NCBI GenBank assembly: GCA_014799785.1
Contig: JAAVHI010000051.1
Coordinates: 9,535-73,534 of the forward strand
DNA length: 64,000 nucleotides
DNA from: Ruminococcus sp.
GTDB lineage: Bacteria; Bacillota; Clostridia; Oscillospirales; Ruminococcaceae
Reading direction: 5' to 3'
This document shows positions 55,682 through 64,000 of the stretch, one piece after another (positions within the stretch are counted from its first letter, which is position 1; every line of letters starts with the position of its first letter). The notes under the pieces are model-generated. The model ran no database searches. It was not told where the DNA came from and was given only the letters and a program-made list of their open reading frames with translations. A program made the position numbers and the translations under genes.

Positions 55682-56743
55682 CTAATTCATACAGGACGCA
55701 AAATCAATATTTTCTGTCAGGGAGCGTTCCGTTTCATTAAGATATGCACCGACAGCTGCTGTATCGTTTCCCAGCTCCTTTAACCTTTCAAGCTTATTGT
55801 ACCACAAGGGCTTCAGACAGCGGTACAGCATTAACGCCGCCTTCTTTTCGCCCTCCGAAAAATGGTAGTATTCGCTGACAATTTTCAATCGGGAAAAAAT
55901 TGCGTCCAGTTCTTTTTTATAATCATCATAAAACGTTTCCCGAAACAAATAATTCAGGAAAACATCTTTGCCGCAAAGGTTGAAATCATATACGCCGACA
56001 AATTTTCCCGACTCGTCAAGCAATATATTTGTCGAGTTCAAATCAGCCTGAAAAACAGAGGTCGGCAATTTTTTGTAGATTGACTCCAGCATTTTTCGGT
56101 TTTCCGTCCAGAGCCGCCATATACGCTCCGTCTGCGGCTGAAATTCTTCGGGCAGGGTCTGCGCGTACTTTTTCCACTCCAAAGCATTTTCTAAAACCTC
56201 GTCGGTTTTATCGCTTGGGCAAAATGTTTCAAAAAGGCAATATGCCGACGGATAATTTGTGTACGAAAAATATTTTGAAGCTATTTTCGCAGTCATTATC
56301 CACGCTTCTTTTTCATATTCCGCCGCAGGTATTTCTTCGGAAGCGTTCTCCGAACGGTATTCTGCGGGACGGTACGGTGAAAATTCTTCCGCATAGGCTG
56401 TACAGTTATGTTCCTTATATCGAACAACAGGGTAATTTCCCGTTTTATCGGAAAAAATTTTCGGACAGTAATATCCCGCCTTTCGGTATTCCTCGGAAGT
56501 CTTCCACCACACTTCTATTTTTTCGGGAAAAGTAAAATCATTGTCGGCAAGCTTTAAAACGGATTTTTCGCCTGTTTCAAATTCTGCAATAACGGTCTCC
56601 CTGAAATCCGCGTCGCTACGGCTTGTATCTATTATTTCAAATGAGCTTGGTACGTCATTATAAAAAAGCCCAAATATATCAGACAATTCCCGATCGTAAT
56701 CGTCCAGAACTGCATTTTGCATACAGCCGTGTATTTTTTGCAT
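55682..56743 (-). CDS. phosphotransferase (APH/CotS-like kinase fold) family protein, low GC
   Basis: FQADLNSTNILLDESGKFVGVYDFNLCG resembles the HxDxxxxN...D[F/L] catalytic segment, with H replaced by Q. Start placed at MQKIHG (56743), which shares its initiation region with ttcA. Confidence 0.5.
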   Translation of the reverse strand: MQKIHGCMQNAVLDDYDRELSDIFGLFYNDVPSSFEIIDTSRSDADFRETVIAEFETGEKSVLKLADNDFTFPEKIEVWWKTSEEYRKAGYYCPKIFSDKTGNYPVVRYKEHNCTAYAEEFSPYRPAEYRSENASEEIPAAEYEKEAWIMTAKIASKYFSYTNYPSAYCLFETFCPSDKTDEVLENALEWKKYAQTLPEEFQPQTERIWRLWTENRKMLESIYKKLPTSVFQADLNSTNILLDESGKFVGVYDFNLCGKDVFLNYLFRETFYDDYKKELDAIFSRLKIVSEYYHFSEGEKKAALMLYRCLKPLWYNKLERLKELGNDTAAVGAYLNETERSLTENIDFASCMN

Positions 56744-56770
56744 TTTTATCACCGATTTTATTTTATGAAA

Positions 56771-57232
56771 TTATAAAAAACACCTGTCATCGCCAAACCA
56801 TTCTCTTCGTTCGGAAATCAACTTTTCCAATTTAGCTAAATTTTCTTCAAGCAGTTTCTTTTTTTCTTTAAAATTATTCTCGGCGTAATCAACAAACGAG
56901 GTCCACCCGTCAATGTCTGATTTAATATCATTGTAGAGATATTCGCAAAACTGAAGCATACTTGTATGGGAATACTCGTTCCTTACATCTTCACTGCTTA
57001 AATAATCACGGTCTTCATCTTCGCAGACAATATGACAATTCCAATAGCTTACAGTACAGAGAAAGCGATTAGGTTCAAGAAACCCTTTTACGCAGAACGG
57101 CAACAAAGTTTCAAGCCCGTGTATAGCCTGTTCGACCCATTTAAATGCAATATCGTCAAGATAGCTAAGCGAATATACGGACGTTCCCTCAAGCTGAAAA
57201 TCAGTCCAGCCTGCATCTGGTTTTGTAAGCAT
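56771..57232 (-). CDS. hypothetical protein (153 aa), low GC
   Basis: GAGGTGA RBS. No family recognised. Confidence 0.45.
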   Translation of the reverse strand: MLTKPDAGWTDFQLEGTSVYSLSYLDDIAFKWVEQAIHGLETLLPFCVKGFLEPNRFLCTVSYWNCHIVCEDEDRDYLSSEDVRNEYSHTSMLQFCEYLYNDIKSDIDGWTSFVDYAENNFKEKKKLLEENLAKLEKLISERREWFGDDRCFL

Positions 57233-57249
57233 AAAATCACCTCGTAATT

Positions 57250-58374
57250 TTATTTTTGCAAAGTACCATGGGACAAAGCCGTCAGATAAGCATTTATAAA
57301 TCCGTCAAGATCGCCGTCCATAACAGCGCCGATATTGCCGTTTTCAAAGCTTGTGCGGTGGTCCTTCGCAAGGGTGTAGGGCATGAAAACATAGGAACGT
57401 ATCTGCGCGCCCCAAGCAATTTCTTTCTGGACGCCCTTGATGTCCTCGATCTTTTCAAGATGTTCGCGCTCCTTGATCTCAACAAGCTTTGACATGAGCA
57501 TTTTCATGGCGTAATCCTTGTTCTGATATTGGCTTCGCTGTGTCTGGCAGGACACAACAATTCCCGTGGGAATGTGAGTAAGACGTACCGCGGAGGAGGT
57601 CTTGTTTACCTTTTGACCGCCTGCGCCGCTTGCACGGTAGAAGTCAATTTCCAAGTCCTCGGGACGTATTTCTATGTTTGTGTCAGCCTCGGTCATTTCG
57701 GGCATTACTTCAAGAGAAGCAAAGGAAGTGTGCCGCCGTCCCGAGCTGTCAAATGGGGAAACCCGCACAAGACGGTGTACGCCCATTTCCGACTTCAAAA
57801 AGCCGTATGCGTTCAGTCCCTCAATAAGCAGGGAAGCGGATTTAAGTCCCGCCTCTTCGCCGTCCAGATAGTCGAGAGTTGTCACCTTAAAGCCGTGGCT
57901 TTCCGCCCACATATTGTACATACGGAAAAGCATCTGCGCCCAGTCCTGCGCTTCCGTGCCGCCCGCTCCCGCATGGAACGTGAGAATTGCGTTCTTGCTG
58001 TCGTACTCGCCTGTGAGCAGGGTAGTCAGCTTCATGGCTTCAAGCTCTTTCTTGAAGTGGTCGGCGTCACGCTTGATGTCCATGGCGGTCTCCTCGTTGT
58101 CCTCTTCCTCCATGGCAAGCTCAATCATGGTGAGAGCGTCCTCAAGCTTTTCGTTCAGCTTGTTGTAGCTTTCAATGGTTGCCTCGTGGTGCTTTATGGT
58201 CTGCATTACCTTCTGGGAATTTTCAATATCGTCCCAAAAGCCGTCCCTGCCCGACTGCTCCTGCAATTCGGCAATTTCGGACTTTGCCTTGTCGATGTCT
58301 AAAATTTCGTAAAGCTCTTTCATATCCTTGCGGTAGCCCTCAAGCTCCACACGAAGTTCGTCAAGTAATAACAT
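57250..58374 (-). CDS. prfB: peptide chain release factor 2, encoded in a single frame
   Basis: SPF and GGQ motifs (VSPFDSSGRRHTSFA, SGAGGQKVNKTSSAVR). ATG at 58374 after GGAGGAA. Confidence 0.9.
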   Translation of the reverse strand: MLLLDELRVELEGYRKDMKELYEILDIDKAKSEIAELQEQSGRDGFWDDIENSQKVMQTIKHHEATIESYNKLNEKLEDALTMIELAMEEEDNEETAMDIKRDADHFKKELEAMKLTTLLTGEYDSKNAILTFHAGAGGTEAQDWAQMLFRMYNMWAESHGFKVTTLDYLDGEEAGLKSASLLIEGLNAYGFLKSEMGVHRLVRVSPFDSSGRRHTSFASLEVMPEMTEADTNIEIRPEDLEIDFYRASGAGGQKVNKTSSAVRLTHIPTGIVVSCQTQRSQYQNKDYAMKMLMSKLVEIKEREHLEKIEDIKGVQKEIAWGAQIRSYVFMPYTLAKDHRTSFENGNIGAVMDGDLDGFINAYLTALSHGTLQK

Positions 58375-58516
58375 AATATTTTTCCTCCAAATCAAAATAA
58401 ATATTTTTTGCGGTAAATTGTTATTTTGGCTTGTCAGAAGAGGTTGTGCCTGTAAGCAATATATTTGTATTCCATAAAAACTCCTTTTACGTTAATTAAT
58501 TGTTTAGCAAAAATTT

Positions 58517-59536
58517 TTATAATTGTATTATTGATATATCATTTTGATATTTACCTAAAACTGAAATAAAACGAATACCTTCTGAATCAAATTTATGCTT
58601 TCTTAAGTTCCAAATATTAAGTAAATTATATTCGTTTTGATCATTAATTACAGTTAAAAATATTGAAGCATCTGATATTTTAAGTGAAACATCATTTACT
58701 ATATTCATAAAAATATCCTGTAATTCATTTTCGTCGAATTTGTCAGCATATAAAGTGATGTGTATATCAGACCAATTGCATGACTCTTCATATTTTTGTT
58801 GATATTTTAAAAAATCGTCTAAAGACGTATTTTTATTTAAACTGTCCGACATATATTTTACATTGCTCAGACCGCTTGAATCAAAATATGCGTACACCTT
58901 AAAATCATCAAAATAATCGTCAATAAACGTAGAAATATAATTCTCGTAATCCTCTCTTATCAACACCCCATAATAATTATCGCTTGCAAAAAGCCTGCTT
59001 CCGACCGAAAGCGTGTTTTTCCGTGCAACGTTGAATGAATCGGTTTGAGGGTCTCCGTTTTTGGGACAGCAGGTAAGCTGATTTGTTGGGTGTCCCCAAA
59101 CGGTCGCGCCGAAAAATCCCGAGACTTCAAATTCCTCCCAGTATTTGTGGTACAGATAATTCTGCACGCCTATGGGCATACCTATGTCCGTCCTGTAAAA
59201 CAAAGCCAGTCCGAACCACAATGCAAAAGCCGCCGCTGCGGAAACGCCTGTCAGTTTAAGCTTTCCGTTCTTTTTGCACAAAATATTTTTTACAAAAACG
59301 GACAGATTTTTTCTGAAAAGCCAAACCGCAAAAAGCAATACCAAAAGCAGGGAAAATTCAAACAGCGTAAGCAGAATAACAGCCGCTGCGGCTAACAAAA
59401 CCGTCAGGACGCATACTCCAGCCGCTTTTATTTTGCCATTAGGGGTATTTTTCAGCCGTCCTAAAAGTCGGAAAAAATCACGGCACGTCAATACAAAAAA
59501 CAGTATTGCCAAAAGTGATTTGACTATGTAGTTCAT
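58517..59536 (-). CDS. hypothetical membrane protein with a very AT-rich C-terminal half
   Basis: Four N-terminal hydrophobic helices, then a soluble domain. Flanked by hairpins on both sides. Confidence 0.5.
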   Translation of the reverse strand: MNYIVKSLLAILFFVLTCRDFFRLLGRLKNTPNGKIKAAGVCVLTVLLAAAAVILLTLFEFSLLLVLLFAVWLFRKNLSVFVKNILCKKNGKLKLTGVSAAAAFALWFGLALFYRTDIGMPIGVQNYLYHKYWEEFEVSGFFGATVWGHPTNQLTCCPKNGDPQTDSFNVARKNTLSVGSRLFASDNYYGVLIREDYENYISTFIDDYFDDFKVYAYFDSSGLSNVKYMSDSLNKNTSLDDFLKYQQKYEESCNWSDIHITLYADKFDENELQDIFMNIVNDVSLKISDASIFLTVINDQNEYNLLNIWNLRKHKFDSEGIRFISVLGKYQNDISIIQL

Positions 59537-59669
59537 GAAAAATCCCCCCTATAAAATATTATACAAGAAAATTATACCATATATTTCAGCTTTTTTCAAG
59601 ACCTTACCCCAGATATAAATAAAAATGTCTCACACGCAGCGAACCGCATTTGAGACATTTTTGCATTTT

Positions 59670-60131
59670 TTATTTTTCAAGCTCCATGATGTCATAGCAC
59701 AAATAATCCCCGTTGTCCGTGAGTATCTTATGGTACTCCTTTTCCTTGTACCCGCGCTTTATGTATATTGATTTTGCAGGCAGGGAGGAGTCCAGACGAA
59801 TTGTTTCACTGTACCCGAAAATCATATTTTCCGCAAAGTCAAGAAGCTTTCCGCCGTAACCCTTACCCTGTTTGGACGGCTCTACAAAAAGCCTTGCAAT
59901 ATCGTTTCCGTCAATTGTAACAGTGCCCGCGATAACGCCGTCCTGCTCTATAACATAAACCTTTCCCGCTTCAATATCGGAGGCTATTTTTTCGGGCTTG
60001 TGGTGGGCAAGAAAAAATTCCACCGCCCCTGCGGGATAATATTTGGGGTACACGGCTTTAATGGTTTCCCTGACCAGTTCTGTAATTTTATCGCTCTTCG
60101 TCAGTACGGCGGAACGTATCATATCTATCAC
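59670..60131 (-). CDS. GNAT-family N-acetyltransferase
   Basis: LFVEPSKQGKGYGGKLLDFAE motif A. Confidence 0.75.
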   Translation of the reverse strand: MIDMIRSAVLTKSDKITELVRETIKAVYPKYYPAGAVEFFLAHHKPEKIASDIEAGKVYVIEQDGVIAGTVTIDGNDIARLFVEPSKQGKGYGGKLLDFAENMIFGYSETIRLDSSLPAKSIYIKRGYKEKEYHKILTDNGDYLCYDIMELEK

Positions 60132-60143
60132 CTCGTCTATACG

Positions 60144-60992
60144 TCACGCTTCAAGCATAAGCAGCATTTCGCGCAGAAGTTTGCACGCCAGCGCGGTGGA
60201 GATACCGCTTGGGTCGTAGGGAGGGGACAATTCGTTCATGTCCATGCCCACGATATTCAGTCCTTTAAGGGACAACAGTGCGTTCAGAAGCTCGCCGAAA
60301 CGCGCTCCCCCGGCTTCGGGAGTACCCGTTCCCGGAAACTCAGAAGGGTCGAGGACGTCCATATCAACGGTGATATAAACGTTTTTGCCCCGCAGCTCTT
60401 CCGCGGCTTCGGCAATTCCGTCAAGGGTAAGCTTGTGCATTTTTGTATGCTCCGCGGCAAAACGGAACTCCTCACGCTCTCCGCTGCGGATACCGAACTG
60501 GTATATATGACCGTCTCCCACAAGCTCGTGACAGCGGCGCATTACGCAGGCATGGGAATTCTTCACGCCCAGATAGTCGTCCCGCAGGTCGGCGTGAGCG
60601 TCAAACTGTATAATGTAAAGGTCGTTGTATTTTTTGTGTACCGCCCTGACCGCTCCGAGGGTGACAAGGTGTTCACCGCCGAGCATAAAGGGACGCTTTC
60701 CGTCCGCAAGAATTTCTGCGGCAATGTCCTCGATCTGCGCTAAAGCCATATCGGAAGAGCCCATGGGAAGCTCGGGGTCGCCTGCGTCGAATATCTTGCA
60801 GTCCAGTAAGTCCTTGTCCTGATAGGGGGAGTAGGTCTCGATACCGTAGCTTTCCGCGCGGATAGCCCTGCTGCCGAAGCGCGTTCCGGGACGGTATGAC
60901 GTGGTGCTGTCAAAGGGCGCGCCGAAAATGACCGTGTTTGCCTCCGAATACTCGCAGCCGCAGGCTATAAAAGCGTTTCTTTCAATTTGCAT
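60144..60992 (-). CDS. speB: agmatinase
   Basis: Arginase-fold metal motifs GGEH, FDAHADL and VDMDVLDPS. Confidence 0.9.
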   Translation of the reverse strand: MQIERNAFIACGCEYSEANTVIFGAPFDSTTSYRPGTRFGSRAIRAESYGIETYSPYQDKDLLDCKIFDAGDPELPMGSSDMALAQIEDIAAEILADGKRPFMLGGEHLVTLGAVRAVHKKYNDLYIIQFDAHADLRDDYLGVKNSHACVMRRCHELVGDGHIYQFGIRSGEREEFRFAAEHTKMHKLTLDGIAEAAEELRGKNVYITVDMDVLDPSEFPGTGTPEAGGARFGELLNALLSLKGLNIVGMDMNELSPPYDPSGISTALACKLLREMLLMLEA

Positions 60993-61039
60993 AAAAATTT
61001 CCTTTCGGTTTGTAAATCGTTGCTTTAGAGAAAAGCAAA

Positions 61040-61636
61040 CTATTCTTCATATCTTATATGGTAAAAGTCAATTGCTTTTTCATCATCGGTAAAGCTTACC
61101 ATAAACTGCTTTTTGTTTGAAAAAACATATCTGTAAGTGTTGCCGTCATCCTGAATATAATTGGGTTCTCCCAAAATCTGTTTGACCTCGTCGGAAGAGC
61201 TTGACTCAGTAATCCCCATAATATTCAGTTCCGGCATCGGCATATTTATTCCGTATTGGATATTGTCAATTACAACATCCGAATCATTGCTGCGATCGCC
61301 GTCGCAATAAATGAAAGCAACTTCTTCATTATTGCAGCTGAGAATAAAAACAGTCTCATCAAACCAGCTGTCATAGTACCCCGACAAACTGAATGCGGGA
61401 TCGAGCGAATTTGAATGTGCAGGCATAACTATTTTTTGTCCGCCTAAATAAATATCGTTTACCAATTCCTCCATAGTCCAATCAGTGATCTCGTGAGTAA
61501 TTTTAGACTCAAAATTTACAGCTGTTTCCGCCGCGCCTAAAACTGAGGTCACTTCTGCTGTCACTTCGGTTGGCTGTTCCGAAGCGCAGCCCGAAAGCAG
61601 AGCCGCCGCAATTATCGCTGCAAAATATTTTTTCAT
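61040..61636 (-). CDS. hypothetical lipoprotein
   Basis: MKKYFAAIIAAALLSGCAS lipobox. Confidence 0.6.
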   Translation of the reverse strand: MKKYFAAIIAAALLSGCASEQPTEVTAEVTSVLGAAETAVNFESKITHEITDWTMEELVNDIYLGGQKIVMPAHSNSLDPAFSLSGYYDSWFDETVFILSCNNEEVAFIYCDGDRSNDSDVVIDNIQYGINMPMPELNIMGITESSSSDEVKQILGEPNYIQDDGNTYRYVFSNKKQFMVSFTDDEKAIDFYHIRYEE

Positions 61637-61744
61637 AATAAAAACTCCTTTCCGACAAATTTATTTGTACAGGAACAGATTCCCAGCCAAATTTTTATAA
61701 ATTAACGGGCGGGAAAAACCCCGCCCCTGAATAGTTTTTTCAGA

Positions 61745-62590
61745 TCAAACGCTCTCTAAAAGCTCCTTTACATAATTGGGTATTGCAAAACAGCCCTTGT
61801 GAAGCTCCGTGTTATAGTAGCGTGTTTTCAGACCCAGACCGTTCCATTTCTCCACGCCGTCGGAGAGCGGGTCTACCGACTTTGAAGCAAAGCCGAAAAG
61901 CCAGTGTCCCGACGGATATGTGGGGATATGCGCCTGATAGACCCTGCAAATATCGAAAAACTCACGGATACGCCTGTGCGCCCGCTGCATGGCTTTCGCG
62001 TCGTCGGAGTAGTAGGGGCTTTCATGCTGGTTGACAAGTATGCCGTTTGCGGTAAGAGCGTTGAAGCAGTTGCCGTAAAATTCACTGGTAAAAAGTCCCT
62101 CGCCCGGACCGAAAGGGTCGGTACTGTCTACGATAATGAGATCGTAGCAGTTCTCGCACTTGCGGACAAATCTCAGCCCGTCATCGTAAAAAATATGCAC
62201 ACGCGGGTCGTCCAGACGGCAGGCGGTCTTTGGCAGATACTCCTTGCAGACCTCCACAACACGCTCGTCTATCTCTACCATATCAATATTGGCAAGACTG
62301 TCATATCGGGTCAGCTCGCGGACAGTTCCGCCGTCCCCCGCGCCTATCACAAGGACGTTCTTTATGGCAGGATTTGAAGCCATAGCAACGTGGGTTATCA
62401 TTTCGTGGTAGATGAACTCGTCCTTTTCGGTGAGCATCATTATCCCGTCGAGAGTGAGAAATCTTCCGAACTCGCCGCTCTCGAAAACGTCTATCCTCTG
62501 GTATTCGCTCTGCTCGGAATGAAGCTGTTTGTCCACCCTTATGGACATCTTAACATCGGGGGTGTGCAGTTCGCTGAACCATAATTCCAT
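61745..62590 (-). CDS. speE: spermidine synthase
   Basis: MELWFSE..., LTLDG, VLVIGAGDGG and IIVDSTDP motifs. Confidence 0.9.
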   Translation of the reverse strand: MELWFSELHTPDVKMSIRVDKQLHSEQSEYQRIDVFESGEFGRFLTLDGIMMLTEKDEFIYHEMITHVAMASNPAIKNVLVIGAGDGGTVRELTRYDSLANIDMVEIDERVVEVCKEYLPKTACRLDDPRVHIFYDDGLRFVRKCENCYDLIIVDSTDPFGPGEGLFTSEFYGNCFNALTANGILVNQHESPYYSDDAKAMQRAHRRIREFFDICRVYQAHIPTYPSGHWLFGFASKSVDPLSDGVEKWNGLGLKTRYYNTELHKGCFAIPNYVKELLESV

Positions 62591-62604
62591 CTGAAAAATC
62601 CTTT

Positions 62605-63246
62605 CTAACGTTTTCTGTAAACCTTATTCTTGTTGATGTATTCTGACTTCACGAATAATTTTATAAGCCGCGGAAATTTCTCCGCGTTGTACATAACATA
62701 CCATGACACGGCAATATAGATAAGCCATACCCCCGCTATTGCAAGAACCGGATATGACACGGGACGAAGCCTTTCGTGCAGGTCTTTCATTTCGTCAAGG
62801 TCAAGATACACGCTCCCGCCTTTTGACAGCGAAACGACTTTTCCGTGCGATATCACCGCCGCTAAAATGTCCCCCTCTGAGACCTCCGCGGAAAAACGTT
62901 TAATGTCAAAGTATCCGCCGTCAAGCTTATACTTTTTTCCCGAAGAACCGTCCATGAAAGCAGCCCCGTCCTCGGAAATTTTCAGCTCCGTCACAACAAG
63001 CGCCGTGTGTTCGCAGTTTTCATCGGTTATGGGAAATGTGTCCGAAAAAATATAGAACCACAGACCAAGAAGCACTGCAAGGATAAGTCCCCATATAAAG
63101 ACAAACTCCCACTGTCCCCAAACGTTGCCGTTGAAAAGCTTTCCGTACTCCTGCTTCCGACGGCGCGCTTTAGTGCGCTCATTGCGGCGTTTGATGCGGG
63201 AAGCGTTTTTCCGTCCCACGTCTCGGTTACAGATCCGTGGAGTCAA
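62605..63246 (-). CDS. hypothetical membrane protein, start uncertain
   Basis: Basic N-terminus, two TM helices. No convincing RBS or ATG. The listed start is a TTG that overlaps the upstream ORF. Confidence 0.4.
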   Translation of the reverse strand: MTPRICNRDVGRKNASRIKRRNERTKARRRKQEYGKLFNGNVWGQWEFVFIWGLILAVLLGLWFYIFSDTFPITDENCEHTALVVTELKISEDGAAFMDGSSGKKYKLDGGYFDIKRFSAEVSEGDILAAVISHGKVVSLSKGGSVYLDLDEMKDLHERLRPVSYPVLAIAGVWLIYIAVSWYVMYNAEKFPRLIKLFVKSEYINKNKVYRKR

Positions 63247-63493
63247 ACGTGTCGTGATTAAACTCCGACCGATTGTCGGTGTAGAACACGTACAGGCTCA
63301 AAAATGAGGTAGATCCCCACAGCAAAGCCGATACAAAAGCGGTTATTACCACTCCCAAGCTTTCGACCCGCGCCAAAGCCAGTATTCCCGCGACTATCAT
63401 CAGCGCCGTCAGACCTGCGGAGATAAGTCCGTAATAAAAATAGGACGCGCTTTTTCTGCTTTTAGTTTCAAAATAATCTTTCACTGTTATCAA
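63227..63493 (-). CDS. small hypothetical membrane protein (88 aa)
   Basis: Two hydrophobic helices. Lies between the decarboxylase and speE. Confidence 0.45.
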   Translation of the reverse strand: MITVKDYFETKSRKSASYFYYGLISAGLTALMIVAGILALARVESLGVVITAFVSALLWGSTSFLSLYVFYTDNRSEFNHDTFDSTDL

Positions 63494-63500
63494 CCTCGTT

Positions 63501-64000
63501 TCAGACCATTACCCTTATTCTTTCGATATCCATATCCTCGGTGCCCGTCAGTACGCAGCCCCGATCCTTGGAATATTTTATATAGTCCAGAATTTCCGCC
63601 GTTATCTTTTCACCCGGCGCAAGAACGGGTATTCCCGGCGGATAGCACATAACGAACTCGCCGCTTATCTTTCCCGCGCTTTCCGCTATCGGCACGGACT
63701 TTTGCTCGCCGTAGAACGCTGCCTGAGGCGAAAGCTCCACCTGCGGGGTGATATACTCGCTGCTGAGCATACCCGTTTTGTCCCGTGAAAATCTTCGCTT
63801 TATCTCAGCCATTGCGGACACCAGACGCTCTATGTCCTTCCACATATCTCCCGCGGAAACGTAAGCTAAAATATTTCCTATGTCTCCGAATTCTATCTGT
63901 ATATCGTAATAATCCCGCAGATAGTCGTAGACCTCAATACCCGCCAGACCTATGTCCCGCGTATGTACCGAAAGCTTCGTCCTGTCAAAATCGTAAATGT
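63501..64000 (-). CDS. Orn/Lys/Arg decarboxylase (SpeA-like), C-terminal part; the gene continues past the window end
   Basis: Frame is open to base 64000. C-terminal domain motif GEFVMCYPPGIPVLAPGE. Lies with speE and speB. Confidence 0.75.
   Translation of the reverse strand, partial: IYDFDRTKLSVHTRDIGLAGIEVYDYLRDYYDIQIEFGDIGNILAYVSAGDMWKDIERLVSAMAEIKRRFSRDKTGMLSSEYITPQVELSPQAAFYGEQKSVPIAESAGKISGEFVMCYPPGIPVLAPGEKITAEILDYIKYSKDRGCVLTGTEDMDIERIRVMV

Noticed and set aside
1-64000. CRISPR arrays, tRNA or rRNA genes, transposases, integrases, reverse transcriptases, and canonical defence or toxin genes
   Set aside because: I scanned the intergenic regions and the ORF translations. I found no regularly spaced direct repeats, no cloverleaf-like or rRNA-like sequence, and no DDE, tyrosine- or serine-recombinase or RT motifs. 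The non-coding stretches I examined are short (up to roughly 400 nt) and are mostly accounted for by riboswitches, promoters or terminators.

Overview
The window looks like a chromosomal segment of a Clostridia-type Firmicute. This is inferred from gene content: Rex, EF-P, S21, LeuRS, the YhbY-NadD-YqeK-RsfS block, formate-THF ligase, PduL, and SAM-I, FMN and preQ1 leaders. Coding density is high, overall GC is mid-range, and several genes are visibly AT-rich.

Recognisable blocks, in order:
- shikimate kinase
- a cell-surface module: two MORN lipoproteins and a transglutaminase-like protein, divergent from a zinc-ribbon Ser/Thr kinase
- an ECF sigma / anti-sigma pair
- rex-icd-(two unknown genes)-acn
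- an L-fucose catabolic cluster (fucA, fucU, FGGY kinase, fucI) interrupted by two tandem PASTA-domain paralogs and a frameshifted membrane ORF
- metK behind a SAM-I riboswitch
- a RibU-like gene behind an FMN riboswitch
- efp, rpsU (57 aa, missing from the ORF track), and the leuS-rsfS-yqeK-nadD-yhbY block
- queF, plus a queD-queE-folE-queC operon behind a probable preQ1-I riboswitch, carrying extra genes
- fhs
- an island of six small genes (2 XRE, 2 RHH, DUF4160, DUF2442)
- pduL, a membrane-fused PstS-like protein and an SGNH esterase
- a lone vWA protein preceded by nested palindromes
- a GntR-ABC-ABC2-CPBP operon
- ttcA, a low-GC two-gene insert and prfB
- a polyamine operon (decarboxylase, speE, speB)

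I saw no rRNA, tRNA, CRISPR array, transposase, integrase or canonical defence system. The best candidates for undescribed biology are:
- the kinase / transglutaminase / MORN module
- the extra genes in the que operon
- the small-gene island
- the vWA locus with its TATAGAC palindromes
- a GC-clamped intercistronic repeat found twice

All family assignments come from reading motifs by eye. No database search was run.
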